Shown piece after piece: positions 30,016 to 41,536 of a stretch of DNA of 64,000 bases. Numbering within the stretch: the stretch's first letter is position 1; each line of letters starts with the position of its first letter. The notes beneath the pieces were generated by a model that was not told the origin of the DNA, did not search any database, and was given only the letters and a program-made list of their open reading frames with translations. The position numbers and the translations under genes are program-made. Origin of the DNA: Candidatus Bathyarchaeota archaeon (GTDB taxonomy: Archaea; Thermoproteota; Bathyarchaeia; Bathyarchaeales; Bathycorpusculaceae). The stretch covers positions 1,248,001 to 1,312,000 of the forward strand of contig OY970340.1 of NCBI GenBank assembly GCA_963717465.1, read 5' to 3'.

Positions 30016-30414
30016 TTAAGCTTTTTCCTCAACAGACTTAACTATTAAAAATATGTCATCCACATCTAAAACTTCAACGGCTTGTCCCTTACTGATTGCT
30101 TGACCTTTGGCAGTAGCTTGCCAGAACTCTCCCATAACTCGAACTTCGCCTTTAGGTTTCAAATCTGTCACTGCAACTCCTCTTGCACCGATAAACGTTT
30201 CTCTGCCTGTTTTCACACGTGAATGCCGTGTTCTAAAAGCCGTGAAGGCTATGAACCCTGTAAAGGCTGCCAAGATAAGTAGGATCACTGCTAAAGCCAT
30301 CTCTGCTTGGGCTGTCACTCCAAAATAAGCAATTCCCGATAGGGCAAAATAAACAAGAAAAACTGCTATAATTAGCGAAATTGCAGATAAAAATGCTGCT
30401 ACCCAATGGTTCAT
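30016..30414 (-). CDS. Short NfeD protein
   Basis: TGRETFIG..GEVRVMGEFWQA OB fold after TM helices; adjacent to SPFH. Confidence 0.88.
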   Translation of the reverse strand: MNHWVAAFLSAISLIIAVFLVYFALSGIAYFGVTAQAEMALAVILLILAAFTGFIAFTAFRTRHSRVKTGRETFIGARGVAVTDLKPKGEVRVMGEFWQATAKGQAISKGQAVEVLDVDDIFLIVKSVEEKA

Positions 30415-30493
30415 TCTTATTCCATTGATAAGTGGATATTAAATGCCTTATAAGTAATTTGTTTCAATACTTAAAGAAAAAAGGTTTTGTTCC

Positions 30494-30628
30494 CTAATCA
30501 AAAACAGAAAAGGGAACCATTTTGGCAACTGCAGATTCCATAGATATCTGCGGCATCGGCGAAGGTCTGCGAGGTGATGGGCGTATCGGTTGTGGCGGTT
30601 CAAGGTCTAGTGGCGCCTGGTTGATCAT
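30494..30628 (-). CDS. Unannotated 44-aa proline-rich small protein coupled to htrA
   Basis: ATGA overlap with the protease stop; GAGGTGA SD upstream; MINQAPLDLEPPQPIRPSPRRPSPMPQISMESAVAKMVPFSVFD. Confidence 0.55.
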   Translation of the reverse strand: MINQAPLDLEPPQPIRPSPRRPSPMPQISMESAVAKMVPFSVFD

Positions 30629-31554
30629 TCTTCTTCGTCACCTCGGATGGTTGGAACAATTGTTGCTTCGATGAGGTTTTCTCTTCGTATGATGGTTAGT
30701 TTTGATTCTTTCCCAACGACATCTTCAATTAAGAATCTTGGCAGGTCATAGAAGTCCATGACTGGTTTGTCGTTGATTTTCACTATTACGTCGCCCATTG
30801 CTAAGCCTGCTTTGCGTGCTGGTGAGTCTGGCTCGACAGAGAATATCATTACTCCGGTTTCTTGTTCTAATCCTGCTTGTTCAGCTATTTCTTGTGGAAT
30901 TGCAACCGTATTGGCGATTATTCCTAAGTAGCCTTTCTTGACTGTTTTTCCAGTCATTAAACGATCAGCGATGGCCTTCACCTTGTTTACCGGGATAGCT
31001 ATTCCTCGTTGCCAAACATAAGCGGAGTTTATGCCTATCACTTTGCCATCAGCATCAACAAGTGGCCCACCGCTAAAGCCTGGATTCAATTGTGCATCTG
31101 TCGCTATGATATTCTCCATTTGTGTTCCTCGCCAGCCTCTAAGTGTGCTGTTTACGCCTGTTATGATGCCTGTTGTGGCTGTTGGTTGATTCCGGTTGAA
31201 AGGATTAGCGAGTGCCAGAACATATTGGCCTACGTTGAGTTTTTCAGAATCGCCTAGTTCGACGGGGGTGAATTCGCCGCTTTGAGTCTTCAGTAAGGCC
31301 ACGTCACTATATGGGTCTGTGCCTACAATTTTGGCATCGAATGTTTTTTCTCCTTTTCCTATTTTGACTGTGTTGCATCCTGCAAGCACATGGTTGCATG
31401 TAACTATGTAACCGTCAGATGTTAGAACGATGCCGGTTCCTCTTGACATCTCGGCTTTTACGCTGACTACGGACTCTGAGACTTTCTTGATTAAGCTGCT
31501 TGTTGCTTCTGATAGTTGCCTCAAAACTTCTAATGGATTCACAAGTTGAGTCAT
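30625..31554 (-). CDS. HtrA/DegP-like serine protease with PDZ domain, no signal peptide
   Basis: TCNHV, DVALL, LNPGFSGGPL, GYLGI PDZ start. Confidence 0.92.
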   Translation of the reverse strand: MTQLVNPLEVLRQLSEATSSLIKKVSESVVSVKAEMSRGTGIVLTSDGYIVTCNHVLAGCNTVKIGKGEKTFDAKIVGTDPYSDVALLKTQSGEFTPVELGDSEKLNVGQYVLALANPFNRNQPTATTGIITGVNSTLRGWRGTQMENIIATDAQLNPGFSGGPLVDADGKVIGINSAYVWQRGIAIPVNKVKAIADRLMTGKTVKKGYLGIIANTVAIPQEIAEQAGLEQETGVMIFSVEPDSPARKAGLAMGDVIVKINDKPVMDFYDLPRFLIEDVVGKESKLTIIRRENLIEATIVPTIRGDEEE

Positions 31555-31630
31555 TTACTTTTTCACCTATCCAGTATTAATAAGCAAAAAAGTATTTGTT
31601 GACTAAGGAAGGCAAAAAGTCAGTCACAAA

Positions 31631-32257
31631 TTAAGCAGGCATACTGAAAGGTGAATTCCCAAAGTATGCGACATGTCTCGCTACTCTTGAACCTTGGTAG
31701 AACTTGCTTATATTCGTCATTAGCTGATAAGAAGCTTTCAAGGCTAAATCCAGACTACTGCTTGTTAAAAACTTAGCATTAATATTCAAGGCTGAACCTT
31801 GGATGTTCGCGGTTATCTGGATCCCCCCATCTTCAGTAATCCACTTTAAAGTTACTCCTTGATTATTCTCCGACATGCCCAGCCAACGGAGAAGTCCAAA
31901 CCATCTTCCTTTAAGGTCGCTAATTAGTTGCTGCGTCATCATATCAGACGGTAGAAATGTCTGCAAAAGCGGTGTCGATTGGTCTTCTTTATGACCTGCT
32001 GTGTTCAGTTTTAGTTTAGTAATTTTAGGAGTGACTGAGTACCCCTCGCGCCCTTTTTTCACTATTCCTTCTTCTTCTAGTCTACTGAGGATACGGGAAA
32101 GCGTTTCTGGATGTATGCCTGTTCTTCGTTTTAAACCGTCAAATGTAAATACGGTTAAACCTTCTTCTTCTATCAATGACAGAACATCGCTATCGCGTTC
32201 GCTAAATGAATAGTTAGCAGGCAGACTTTGCCAATTAACATCTAGCAGTAATATCAT
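31631..32257 (-). CDS. Winged-helix domain protein
   Basis: FTFDGLKRRTGIHPETLSRILSRLEEEG. Confidence 0.75.
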   Translation of the reverse strand: MILLLDVNWQSLPANYSFSERDSDVLSLIEEEGLTVFTFDGLKRRTGIHPETLSRILSRLEEEGIVKKGREGYSVTPKITKLKLNTAGHKEDQSTPLLQTFLPSDMMTQQLISDLKGRWFGLLRWLGMSENNQGVTLKWITEDGGIQITANIQGSALNINAKFLTSSSLDLALKASYQLMTNISKFYQGSRVARHVAYFGNSPFSMPA

Positions 32258-32478
32258 TATTCTAAATTTTAGAATAGGAGTTACTTTTGAATGTTGCTCT
32301 TATATTTGGAACAAAACTATGTATAACGGCGTTTTAGTAGGGTAACCATAATGAATCAGACATTCTTTAAATAGAAAAATTAATGAGGCATAACTTCATT
32401 AATTAATAAGTAAATAGCCAAAGTTTCATGAAAACTATGCATTGAGTTTAGTTCTGATTCAAAAACTGCTTTTGAAAG

Positions 32479-34779
32479 GTGAAAGGTGAGTCTTGTTTGA
32501 ATAACACTTGTGAGTCTCAGGAAAAAGCAAGTGAGCCCTTGAGAATTAACGCTGAAACCATTCGTTCCACGCTAAATAACTCAAAAATTCCTGCTTCATT
32601 TAACATGATAACTTTTTCTCATAATGGAACGCCTACGGACTTTGTACATCTTGCCATAAACGAAGCCTACAAGAAATTAACAGGTCAAACCGAAGATGAA
32701 TTAGTAGACAAAAGATTCACCGATGCCTTTAAGGAAAGACCAGAAAATAATGCTGGTTTGATATCTCTTTTTGCAAGCGTGGCACTGACAGGTGTGCCCG
32801 CTGAAATCGACAAATATTTCAATAGTCTTCAAAAATGGGTTCATATTTCCATTTTGAGCTCTGAAAAAAATTTTTTCACTTGGCTTCTTGAAGACATAAC
32901 TGAGAAAAAACTGCTGGAATTAGAACTGGGCGGAAATAATCAAAATACACCATTAATGTCCAAACTTGACAGTGGACTGTGGGTGATAAACAATCAAGGG
33001 ATCACTACATATGTGAATTCTAAAATTGCATGCATACTTGGTTACTCAGTCAATGAAATTCTGGGTCGCTGTTTTCTGAAGTTTTTAGATGACCACGAAA
33101 TGGAAATCATTAAGGATGCTTGGCGAGAAAAAGATTCAATTGACCAAATTGAAATAGCATTTATTCGTAAAGACGGAACCCCCATTTACGCTTTAGTCTA
33201 CACTTCGCTTTTACTAGACGGCGCGGGCGACATTTCAGGGAAAATCATGCGGGTAATAGACATTTCTGAACGCAAGAGATTTGAAGAGATCCTATCAAAA
33301 ACTCAAACGAAGTATCAAAGTCTCTTTCAAAATATGGCTGAGGGCTTCGCTTATTTCCAAGTGCTATTCGACCAGCTTGGAAACCCTGTTGATTTTGTCT
33401 TTTCAGATGTTAATGAAGCGTTCAGGCGACTTGTTGGACTACAAAATAGGGCAGTCTTAGGGCGAAGAATTGGGGAAGTTTTTCCAATCTTAAGAAAGGA
33501 TCTTTTTGATTGGTTTAAACTCATCGGTAACGTGTCCGTGGGTAGGAATATAGCTTTTGAAAAGTATGTGCCGCAAATGAACAAATGGTTATCTTTACAC
33601 GCGTATTCTTCTGAGAAAGGCTATTTTGCTGTAATACTGGAAGATGTAACTTCTAGAAAAAGAATTGAACAGGATTTAAGGAAAAGTGAGAAAAGATACA
33701 AACAACTTGCCGATAGTATAACCGACCTTTTTTTTGCCGTAAATTCCAGTTTAAAATTCACTTACTGGAATAAAGCAAGTGAAATATTTACAGGACTTGG
33801 CAATGAAGAGGTTATTGAGCATCGTTTCTTTGATGTATTTGGAAAAGAGGATGATGTAGCTCAAAGAATTGCCAAGATCTGTCTTAACACAACTAAAACT
33901 AAGAAACCCCACGCTTATACTGGTAGACTGCCAAAATTCCATGGTGACCGCATCTTTGATGTCTATTTTTATCCGACTGGTAATGGCATCTCCATTTTAG
34001 CAAAAGATGTCACAGAGCGGAAAAAACTGCAGGAGACACTTGAGCATTACGCTCAACATTTAGAGGAACTCGTTAAGATTAGGACAGAAAAACTTAGAGG
34101 TGCTGAAAGGTTTGTTGCTATAGGCGAGACTGCTGGGATGATTGGCCATGATATTCGCAACCCCTTGCAGTCTATCATAGGCGAATTGTATCTTGCTAAA
34201 AATGAGTTACAAGCGCTGGATGACTGTGCAACCAAGGAAAATCTGTCTGAAAGCATTCGTTTTATTGAAGAGCAAACCGTTTACATCAACAAAATAGTTT
34301 CCGACCTGCAAGATTATTCTAAAGAAATAGCGCCTGTAATTGAGGAAACAAATGTGGAGGAACTTGTAAAGGCGGTAACATCCAAATTAGATGTCCCTGA
34401 TGACATCAAGGTTTCTTATTCGGTGACCAAACCTTTCCCAGCAATACTAACTGACCCGTTGTTTTTGACCCGCATATTGACGAATTTAGCTCTTAACGGC
34501 TTGCAAGCCATACCGGATTCTGGAGGAGAATTAACCATAAACTCGTCTATTAGGGAACAAAAGGTTATAATCACCGTAGCAGACACCGGAAAAGGTATTC
34601 CCGATGAGATTAAGAGTAAAATTTTCAAGCCATTATTCACGACTAAACCTAAAGGTCAAGGTTTTGGCTTGGCAGTTGTAAAGAAACTAGTGGAAGGCTT
34701 AAACGGTACAGTATGCTTTGAGACTAGCATAGGAAAAGGGACGAAGTTTATCGTTGAAATCCCTTTTCTAAAAGAGTAA
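32479..34779 (+). CDS. Multi-PAS sensor histidine kinase
   Basis: PAS repeats ending DIT/DVTER; HDIRNPL H-box; N, DTGKGI, FTTK, GFGLAVV boxes. Confidence 0.93.
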   Translation: MKGESCLNNTCESQEKASEPLRINAETIRSTLNNSKIPASFNMITFSHNGTPTDFVHLAINEAYKKLTGQTEDELVDKRFTDAFKERPENNAGLISLFASVALTGVPAEIDKYFNSLQKWVHISILSSEKNFFTWLLEDITEKKLLELELGGNNQNTPLMSKLDSGLWVINNQGITTYVNSKIACILGYSVNEILGRCFLKFLDDHEMEIIKDAWREKDSIDQIEIAFIRKDGTPIYALVYTSLLLDGAGDISGKIMRVIDISERKRFEEILSKTQTKYQSLFQNMAEGFAYFQVLFDQLGNPVDFVFSDVNEAFRRLVGLQNRAVLGRRIGEVFPILRKDLFDWFKLIGNVSVGRNIAFEKYVPQMNKWLSLHAYSSEKGYFAVILEDVTSRKRIEQDLRKSEKRYKQLADSITDLFFAVNSSLKFTYWNKASEIFTGLGNEEVIEHRFFDVFGKEDDVAQRIAKICLNTTKTKKPHAYTGRLPKFHGDRIFDVYFYPTGNGISILAKDVTERKKLQETLEHYAQHLEELVKIRTEKLRGAERFVAIGETAGMIGHDIRNPLQSIIGELYLAKNELQALDDCATKENLSESIRFIEEQTVYINKIVSDLQDYSKEIAPVIEETNVEELVKAVTSKLDVPDDIKVSYSVTKPFPAILTDPLFLTRILTNLALNGLQAIPDSGGELTINSSIREQKVIITVADTGKGIPDEIKSKIFKPLFTTKPKGQGFGLAVVKKLVEGLNGTVCFETSIGKGTKFIVEIPFLKE

Positions 34780-34898
34780 CTAGCCAATAGCCAATTGATT
34801 TTTTGGTTTGGTTGGTTATTTGCTTCTTTTTATTCATTTTTTGTAGTAGAAACATTTATGAAATAAGCTGAAGAAGGACTTAAGCTCAAGAGATTATA

Positions 34899-35558
34899 AT
34901 GGTTCAAAGTCGGTTACTAGCTAAAGGCATATTCTTAGATTTAGATGGTACAATAGTAGATTCCAGTGAAGCCTACATTGAAGCAGCAAGAATCGCCTAT
35001 ACCGCTGTTGGACTTAAGCCGCCTGAAGCAAAAACAGCACTACTAGAAATTCCACGTAGACTTGAACAACGCTTAGCTTTTGATGATATAATGAATGGGA
35101 ATAAACAAAAATTTATTGATGTTTACTTAAGAAGTTACTATTCGCTTACCTATGAGAAAACGAGGCTTATTCCTAAGGTTGCTGCAACGCTTAAAATTCT
35201 TTCAGAGAAAGCCAAGTTAGCATTAATCACCATGCGTTATGTTTCTAAAGAAACAATTATTACCGAATTAACACAATTTGATGTTGCCAAATATTTTACT
35301 CATGTTGTAACCGCTTTGGATACTCCTAAACCTAAACCTTTCCCTGATGGGTTACTTGCCTGTGTGAAAGCCTTGGATGTTGAAGTGTGCCAATGTATCA
35401 TTGCCGGCGATTCAATCAGTGATGTTCGGGCTGGAAAAGCTGCTGGAGCTAGGACAGTTGCCGTTTTATCAGGGATATTTTATCAGGAAGAACTTGCTAA
35501 GGAGCGTCCAGACTTAATTTTGCCTAATCTGAACATGCTTCCCGACTTTATCGAATAA
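34899..35558 (+). CDS. HAD-family hydrolase (phosphoglycolate phosphatase-like)
   Basis: FLDLDGTIVDS, KPFP, GDSISD. Confidence 0.9.
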   Translation: MVQSRLLAKGIFLDLDGTIVDSSEAYIEAARIAYTAVGLKPPEAKTALLEIPRRLEQRLAFDDIMNGNKQKFIDVYLRSYYSLTYEKTRLIPKVAATLKILSEKAKLALITMRYVSKETIITELTQFDVAKYFTHVVTALDTPKPKPFPDGLLACVKALDVEVCQCIIAGDSISDVRAGKAAGARTVAVLSGIFYQEELAKERPDLILPNLNMLPDFIE

Positions 35559-35693
35559 GTATTTTGTAATATTCCCAAGCTGGTAATATTGCAAAAAACC
35601 GCCTAAAGCAGTTATATGCGGAAGAAAAATAAAGTTTAATTAAAACCTCCATTACATAGGTCTAATGGAGAGGGCTTCAGAGCGGGAATCAGA

Positions 35694-36309
35694 ATGAACT
35701 TTGTTGAAATAATGATTGGGGAGAAATTAAAAGAAGCAGATCCAGCCTTAGACATTTTAGGCTCAGACCGCAAGGTTCTACAGGTTGCTTGCCAAGACTT
35801 CACAAACTACTTAAAGTTCCATTGGAACCTTATTGGAAATGAGTCAAGCCAATGTGAAATTGTCGAAAAACTGGAAAAAATTTTCCACGAAGAACCAAAT
35901 GAACTAGAGTCTTTTCTTACTGTTTGGATTGGCATGTGGTTCAAGAAGTGGAAGGAACGTGTTAAACTGCTTATTGGAGACCAAAACGCTAAGCAAATGG
36001 AACAAAGCATCAAAAGCATTGAGTAATGCCGAGCCGTTATGGCGCAAAATCGAACACAAACAAGAACTTCAAGAAGTCGTAGTCTTTTCCCTGCTGAAGA
36101 ATGGCGAAATCTGCGGAACTGAAATCTTATCTGAAAACCTGCTAAAAATGGAACTTGGCGAGAAAAACGTTCAATCAATGACAGATAAAGAACAAGTCTT
36201 CACAATCGTGAACAACGCTTTAAGAAAAGCTCGTGAAATGGCGCAAAGCAAAGGTCCGCTTATCTTCGTAAAGATTGATAAAGGATATTATAACTCATCA
36301 AACGAGTAA
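35694..36309 (+). CDS. Hypothetical protein (frameshift near 35990)
   Basis: Two overlapping ORFs join into about 200 aa. Confidence 0.6.
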
Positions 36310-36336
36310 AAATTATAACTCATCAAACGAGTAAAA
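36287..36336 (+). repeat. Perfect 25-bp tandem duplication spanning a stop codon
   Basis: ATTATAACTCATCAAACGAGTAAAA twice. Confidence 0.9.
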
Positions 36337-36458
36337 ACTCATTTTTTAACTCTACATTACTTTCTTGTAAGAGTCATATTGAGTCTTACTTAAAAGCTTA
36401 AAGAAATCGTGTAGCAATAAACACTAGAACAAGAAAATGCAAAAAAGCTTGGTTGCTA

Positions 36459-36647
36459 TTAAATTACTCTTTGGCGTTGCAGCGTCTTAGTCTGCCAGGC
36501 ATAATGCCTGATAGTTGTTGTTTCACCGTAGCCGCAAGCTGCACAGCGTTTCTTTCGTACATGGTAAGCGCGTCTTCCGCATCGTCTGCATTTTATATGC
36601 ACGGTTTTGCCTTGTCGCTTACCCATTGATGGAGTGCCTTTTCCCAC
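36459..36647 (-). CDS. rpl37e: 50S ribosomal protein L37e
   Basis: KGTPSMGKR..HIKCRRCGRRAYH..CAACGY. Confidence 0.96.
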   Translation of the reverse strand: MGKGTPSMGKRQGKTVHIKCRRCGRRAYHVRKKRCAACGYGETTTIRHYAWQTKTLQRQRVI

Positions 36648-36652
36648 GGCGA

Positions 36653-36880
36653 TCACCTGGGCGGAGGCGAAATCAGGACTACGTTATCTCCACGAACGAT
36701 TATCAGTCCAAGTTTCATCTGGTTTTCAATCACGGTTGTATCTTCTGTTTCTTCTAAAACAAGATTTAAGTGCTGGTCGAAACCCTTCAATCTTCCTCTA
36801 AGGCTTTTTCCGCCTTTAAGTCGCACAAGTACTATTTTGCCCAAGTTTTGCTCAAGAATTTCAGTGGTCATTTCGCTCAT
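36653..36880 (-). CDS. Sm/LSm archaeal protein (SmAP1)
   Basis: GRLKGFDQHLNLVL, IVRGDNVVLISP; conserved position before L37e. Confidence 0.95.
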   Translation of the reverse strand: MSEMTTEILEQNLGKIVLVRLKGGKSLRGRLKGFDQHLNLVLEETEDTTVIENQMKLGLIIVRGDNVVLISPPPR

Positions 36881-37089
36881 TCTGGAATCCTCATGTACAT
36901 TTATGTCAATCTATACTTTAACTCTTTCAATTTAAACCTATCTAAGGAGAGATTCAAATTATTGCAGGTATGTTTCCATCCATTGATATCCAAACAACCA
37001 TTTTCTGAGCATAAGTGTATATAGAAATATACGCACCGCATAGTGCACGAACTAATCATGTGCGTTCCTCATTATTTAACAGGTCTGCT

Positions 37090-38152
37090 TTAGTGATCGG
37101 CATAGTATTTGGCAATGGCTTCAAAGGATTCTTTTGGTTCCCATGGCATATCAGGATAAGTTTTGCCGTGCTTTCCATCATCGTAATATTTCACTAAGCT
37201 TGAGCTTGCCATGTTCTAGGTCAAAGTATGGGTTTTCAGAGTAAGGAGTAATCTGGGATATGAATTGAGATATGAATGCACCCTCTACTCCAGCTTTATC
37301 CAAAACATTGAGCTGATCAACGAGTTGACTGACTTGCCAAGCTTCGTCTCTGACATAATTGCCGCGAAGATGTGGACGCACTAATAAACCTATCAATGGT
37401 AATTGATGGAGAAACTGAGACCTGACATCAATTATGTTCGTGTTCAGACCCGCGGAACCTAATAGGCCTTCTGAGCCGATTCCTCCTTGATATGTTGCGT
37501 AGCCAAACTCAGTTATAACGACTGGTTTGCTAAAGGCAAAAAGCGGCTTCATCATGTCTACATATTGATCTTTGATTCGCTCGATTCGATAATGGTCGAC
37601 TCCTACAAAATCGAATATGTTCCAATCTACCGCTTCAAAAATTAGTGAAACGTACGTAAGCTTCCCCTGAAACTCTTTTCTAACAGCCTTATTTACGGAA
37701 AACAAATAGTCATTTAATGGTTTGTTGTGCTCTCCAGCCATTATACCTGATTTTAAGTTTGGGTTCTTAATGCGTGAAACAAAGTTCCTGCCCTCAATTA
37801 TTCCATTCATAAACAAAGTTAACTCAGAACCGACGCTGAGCACTATGGAATCTGACCAACGCTTATGCAAGGTTTCTGCCGCTATAGCGACTTTGCTCAT
37901 GTACTTAAGTGTCTTCTCTGGGCTTTTGTTCCACATTTGGGGAGAAAGCCAAACTTCCAAACCCTGTCTAAGAGCATCCTCAGCGATAGTTATCAAACGA
38001 TCAATGCTAAGACCACAGATTCTAACTGCATTGCAATGCAAATCATTCTTCATAATCTCCAGCTCTTGATGGACAATCCTTGGATTAAAATCAGGACGCC
38101 AATTATAACCCATTGAACATCCGACATCATAAGAAACTCCCTTTCGCTTCAT
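37090..38152 (-). CDS. Glycoside-hydrolase-like TIM-barrel protein (family often labelled abortive infection protein); frameshift near 37215
   Basis: KGVSYDVG, DLHCNAVRI, SVGSELTLF, VITEFG; C-terminus DMPWEPKESFEAIAKYY in the shifted frame. Confidence 0.7.
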
Positions 38153-38348
38153 TTTCTCATCTTTTCTAAACCTTACTCTGTATATCTTTTGTGCCGAATT
38201 TTCTTTAAATTTTCTGATTTCTATTAAATTTTAATTGAATAATTTTCAGATTTTTTCATGTTGCTCTAATTTAACTTTGCAGTGTTAATTATTAAATCGA
38301 AATAATGATTTTATATTTGACCTTTATTTTTATTGGTGGAGGGCTGAG

Positions 38349-41127
38349 GTGAATAGGGAGTTGGCAACGGGAGTTTTTTTAACTGGTAGTAATGGTTTCA
38401 TCGGTACGCAGATTGCCAGAAACCTGATTCTTGAAACGAATTCCCAAATTACGGCTTTAGTTAGAGGTGAAAATCAGGAAAATGCTGTTCTGCGCCTTAA
38501 AAGGGCTTGGTGGGAATGGCCAGAGTTGAAAGATCAAGTTGGCAAGCGTGTTGTTGTCCTTAATGGGGATTTGTCAGCGCCTAACATGAGTTTGTCCGAT
38601 TCCGATTATGATTATCTCGTTAATGATACTTCTTATGTCATTCATGCGGCTGCCAATACGACTCCCAATTTGCAATTGGAGGAACTTGAGAAAATAAATG
38701 TTGTTGGATCAGCCAACATAATGGAGCTTGCTAAAAAAATTCAGAATGACCATGGATTGAAGCGGCTTTCGCATATTTCTACGGCTTTTGTTGCTGGTCG
38801 GCGAGATGAATCAATCAGCGAAAACGACCTTACTGATAAATATGGTTTCAGCAGCCTTTATGAGAAAACAAAGTATCAAAGCGAGCTACTGATGAATGAT
38901 GCAAGAAACGTATTGCCCATTTCGATTTTTAGACCAAGTCTCGTAGTAGGGGATTCAAAAACCGGCGCCATAAGGACGTTTAACACGGTTTACTACATGA
39001 TAAAACTGTACATGACTGGGCACCTTAGGCTGGCGCCAGCTTCACCAGCACTTAAAATAAACATTGTTCCAGTGGACTATGTTGCCGACTCAGTTGTCAA
39101 ACTAACGTTTGATGATAAAGCAAGCGGTTTAACCTTTCATCTTACATCACCAGCTGACAAGACGCCAACTGCTTCCGAACTATTCAAGTATGTCCGGGTG
39201 TGGGCAAGAGATAATATGAAATTGAATTTGCCAAATCTCATTTTTGCTCCATCGTTAGGAAAGGCAACGCAAAGCTATCTTTCGCTCACAAGCCATCAAA
39301 ATCCATCCGCTAAGAAAATCAATGACGCCTTTAAGACGCTATCACCCTATTTCAGTCAAAACAAAGATTTCAAGCGTGAAAATATAGATCGACTGATGGG
39401 ACCTTACACCCTTAACTGGATGGATTATCTTGGAAACTTGCTTCAATACGCTGTTCACTATAGCTTCTTCCACCGCTCTGAAAGAACAGTACATGAGCAA
39501 ATTCTATTTCGTCTGCAAAGCGAAGCAAAGCCAATAACTTACCATGAAATATGCGACGGAAAAGTCATCACTTATAAAACAAAGGACGTGCGAGATGAAA
39601 TATTAACAGTAGCCGCCGCCATGAAAAACATGGGCATTAAAAAAGGCGACGCTGTAGCTATAATAACACCTAATACCATTCGATACTTACTGGTTGACGT
39701 TGCCACCGGCTTGTTAGGTGCAGTTCTAAGCCCGTTGTACATCACAACACCGGTTGCAGAACTGAAAAAGATTCTTGCAGAGAATAAAGCAAAAATCTTG
39801 TTCGTAGGATCCGCTAAACTTTTGAAAGAAATTGCCAAAATAAACATCGATATAACAATTGTTTCTCTTCTTAAAGAGCACTTTGACTCAAAAGAATTCG
39901 ATCAAGTATTATCTTGGCAGCAATTCGTGAGCAAATCAAACAATGAGAAAGTATCTGATATGGGACCTATGGGTTTTGAGGACCTCGCAACGATACGGTA
40001 CACTTATGGATCAACAGGTGACTCCAAAGGTGCATGCCTTGAACACGGCGGCCTACGCTATCTTGCAGAGTCTTTAGCCTCAAATCTTCCTTGGAAGATT
40101 CGAAACTCGGAAATTCGTTACCTTTCGTTTCTTCCTTTAAACCATGTCGCCGAAGGCATAAATGCAGCATATGCTCCTTACTATGTTCCAGCCAAGATTG
40201 ACCTTTACTATCTTGAAGATTTCAAATTCTTGCAGCAAGCTCTTAGAATAACAAGACCGAGCATATTCTTTTCTATTCCAAGGTTTTACGAGAAACTCTG
40301 GGAAGCCTTGTTAGCTAATCCAGTAGGGAAACGTTATGTCGAAGCAAAAAACGGGCTTGTGAAGAATTTACTAAGAAGATTGGTGCATAATAGTCTCCTT
40401 AGTAAGTCGGGCTTAGATGAATGTTCCGAATTCATTGTGGGAGCGGCTTGTACAAGTGACATATTGATTAAGAATTTTAAAGACTTAGGGATTGAAATAC
40501 AGAATGCGTATGGGCTGTCGGAAGCGCCTCTTGTTACTATGAACAGGCTTGGTTTAAGCAAAGCAGATACGGTGGGTCCACCGCTTTTAGGTACTAACAT
40601 ACGCATTGATGAAGATGGCGAAGTTCTAATCAAGGGACCACAAGTAATGAAAGGATATCTTGGTTCTAAAAAAGAACAGCCTTTCAAGAACGGTTGGCTG
40701 GCAACTGGGGACATTGGAGAAATAACAGTTGATGGGCATTTAAAAATAAATGGGCGGAAGAAAACATATTCTCGTCACTTCATATGGCAAAAAGATTCCA
40801 GTTGATAAGATTGAAGCTTCACTAAAAACGATTGAATGCGTGAAAGATGCTTTGCTTGTAGGTAACAATCAGCCTTATTGCAGTGCGGTTATTTGGGTTG
40901 ACAAGAATGAGCCCTATGATAAAACGAAAATAGCTCAAGCAATCGATGAAATCAATAAAGGCCTTGAAGGACCAGCGCAAATTAAACGCTTTGAAATAGT
41001 GGAAGAAGAATACTCAAAAACACCCGAAGACAGCTTAAAAATAAAAAGGCAAGACTTGCTTCAGAAAGCAGAGAAGACTATCGAACTTATATATTCTCCT
41101 CAAAACGCAAGCACCCAAATTAACTAA
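38349..41127 (+). CDS. Thioester reductase (NAD_binding_4) fused to a long-chain acyl-CoA synthetase-like adenylation domain; frameshift near 40765
   Basis: TGSNGFIG, HAAA, HISTAFV, YEKTK; then YTYGSTGDSKG, SFLPLNH, YGLSE, GEVLIKGPQVMKGY, ATGD, GRK, LKIKR. Confidence 0.88.
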
Positions 41128-41536
41128 TGATTGACCAGTTTATCATGAAAAGCGACTTATGTAACCTTTAAAGAAGGATAGTAATGCCGTAAATACTGGC
41201 TTAACTAGTTTTGTTTTGTCAGGATTCGTCTGATTTCTCGCTGCTCGCCATTTTCCAAGTCTTCACTGCTCCCTCGTAATTATTGTGAATCGCCATGTAA
41301 CTAATTCAGGAGATAATTACTGATAATTCTTTCAGCCCTGATCGGCTTTGCCAAAATGAATGGTCTTTTAACAGTCTCTATGGCTTCACCTTTGCCTCTG
41401 GCGCGCGATGCAACTGATATGCGAGAATATAATTAATCATAAAAAATGAGAGATTGAACGCGAAATTGATTGTTCGGATTGTTACTTGATCGTCATTCCT
41501 TGCTTAAAAGTCACATTCACCAAAGCTTTTTAATCA

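Noticed and set aside
41130..41450. Gene remnant or ncRNA in a long intergenic region
   Set aside because: Only short broken frames; no recognisable family or convincing structure
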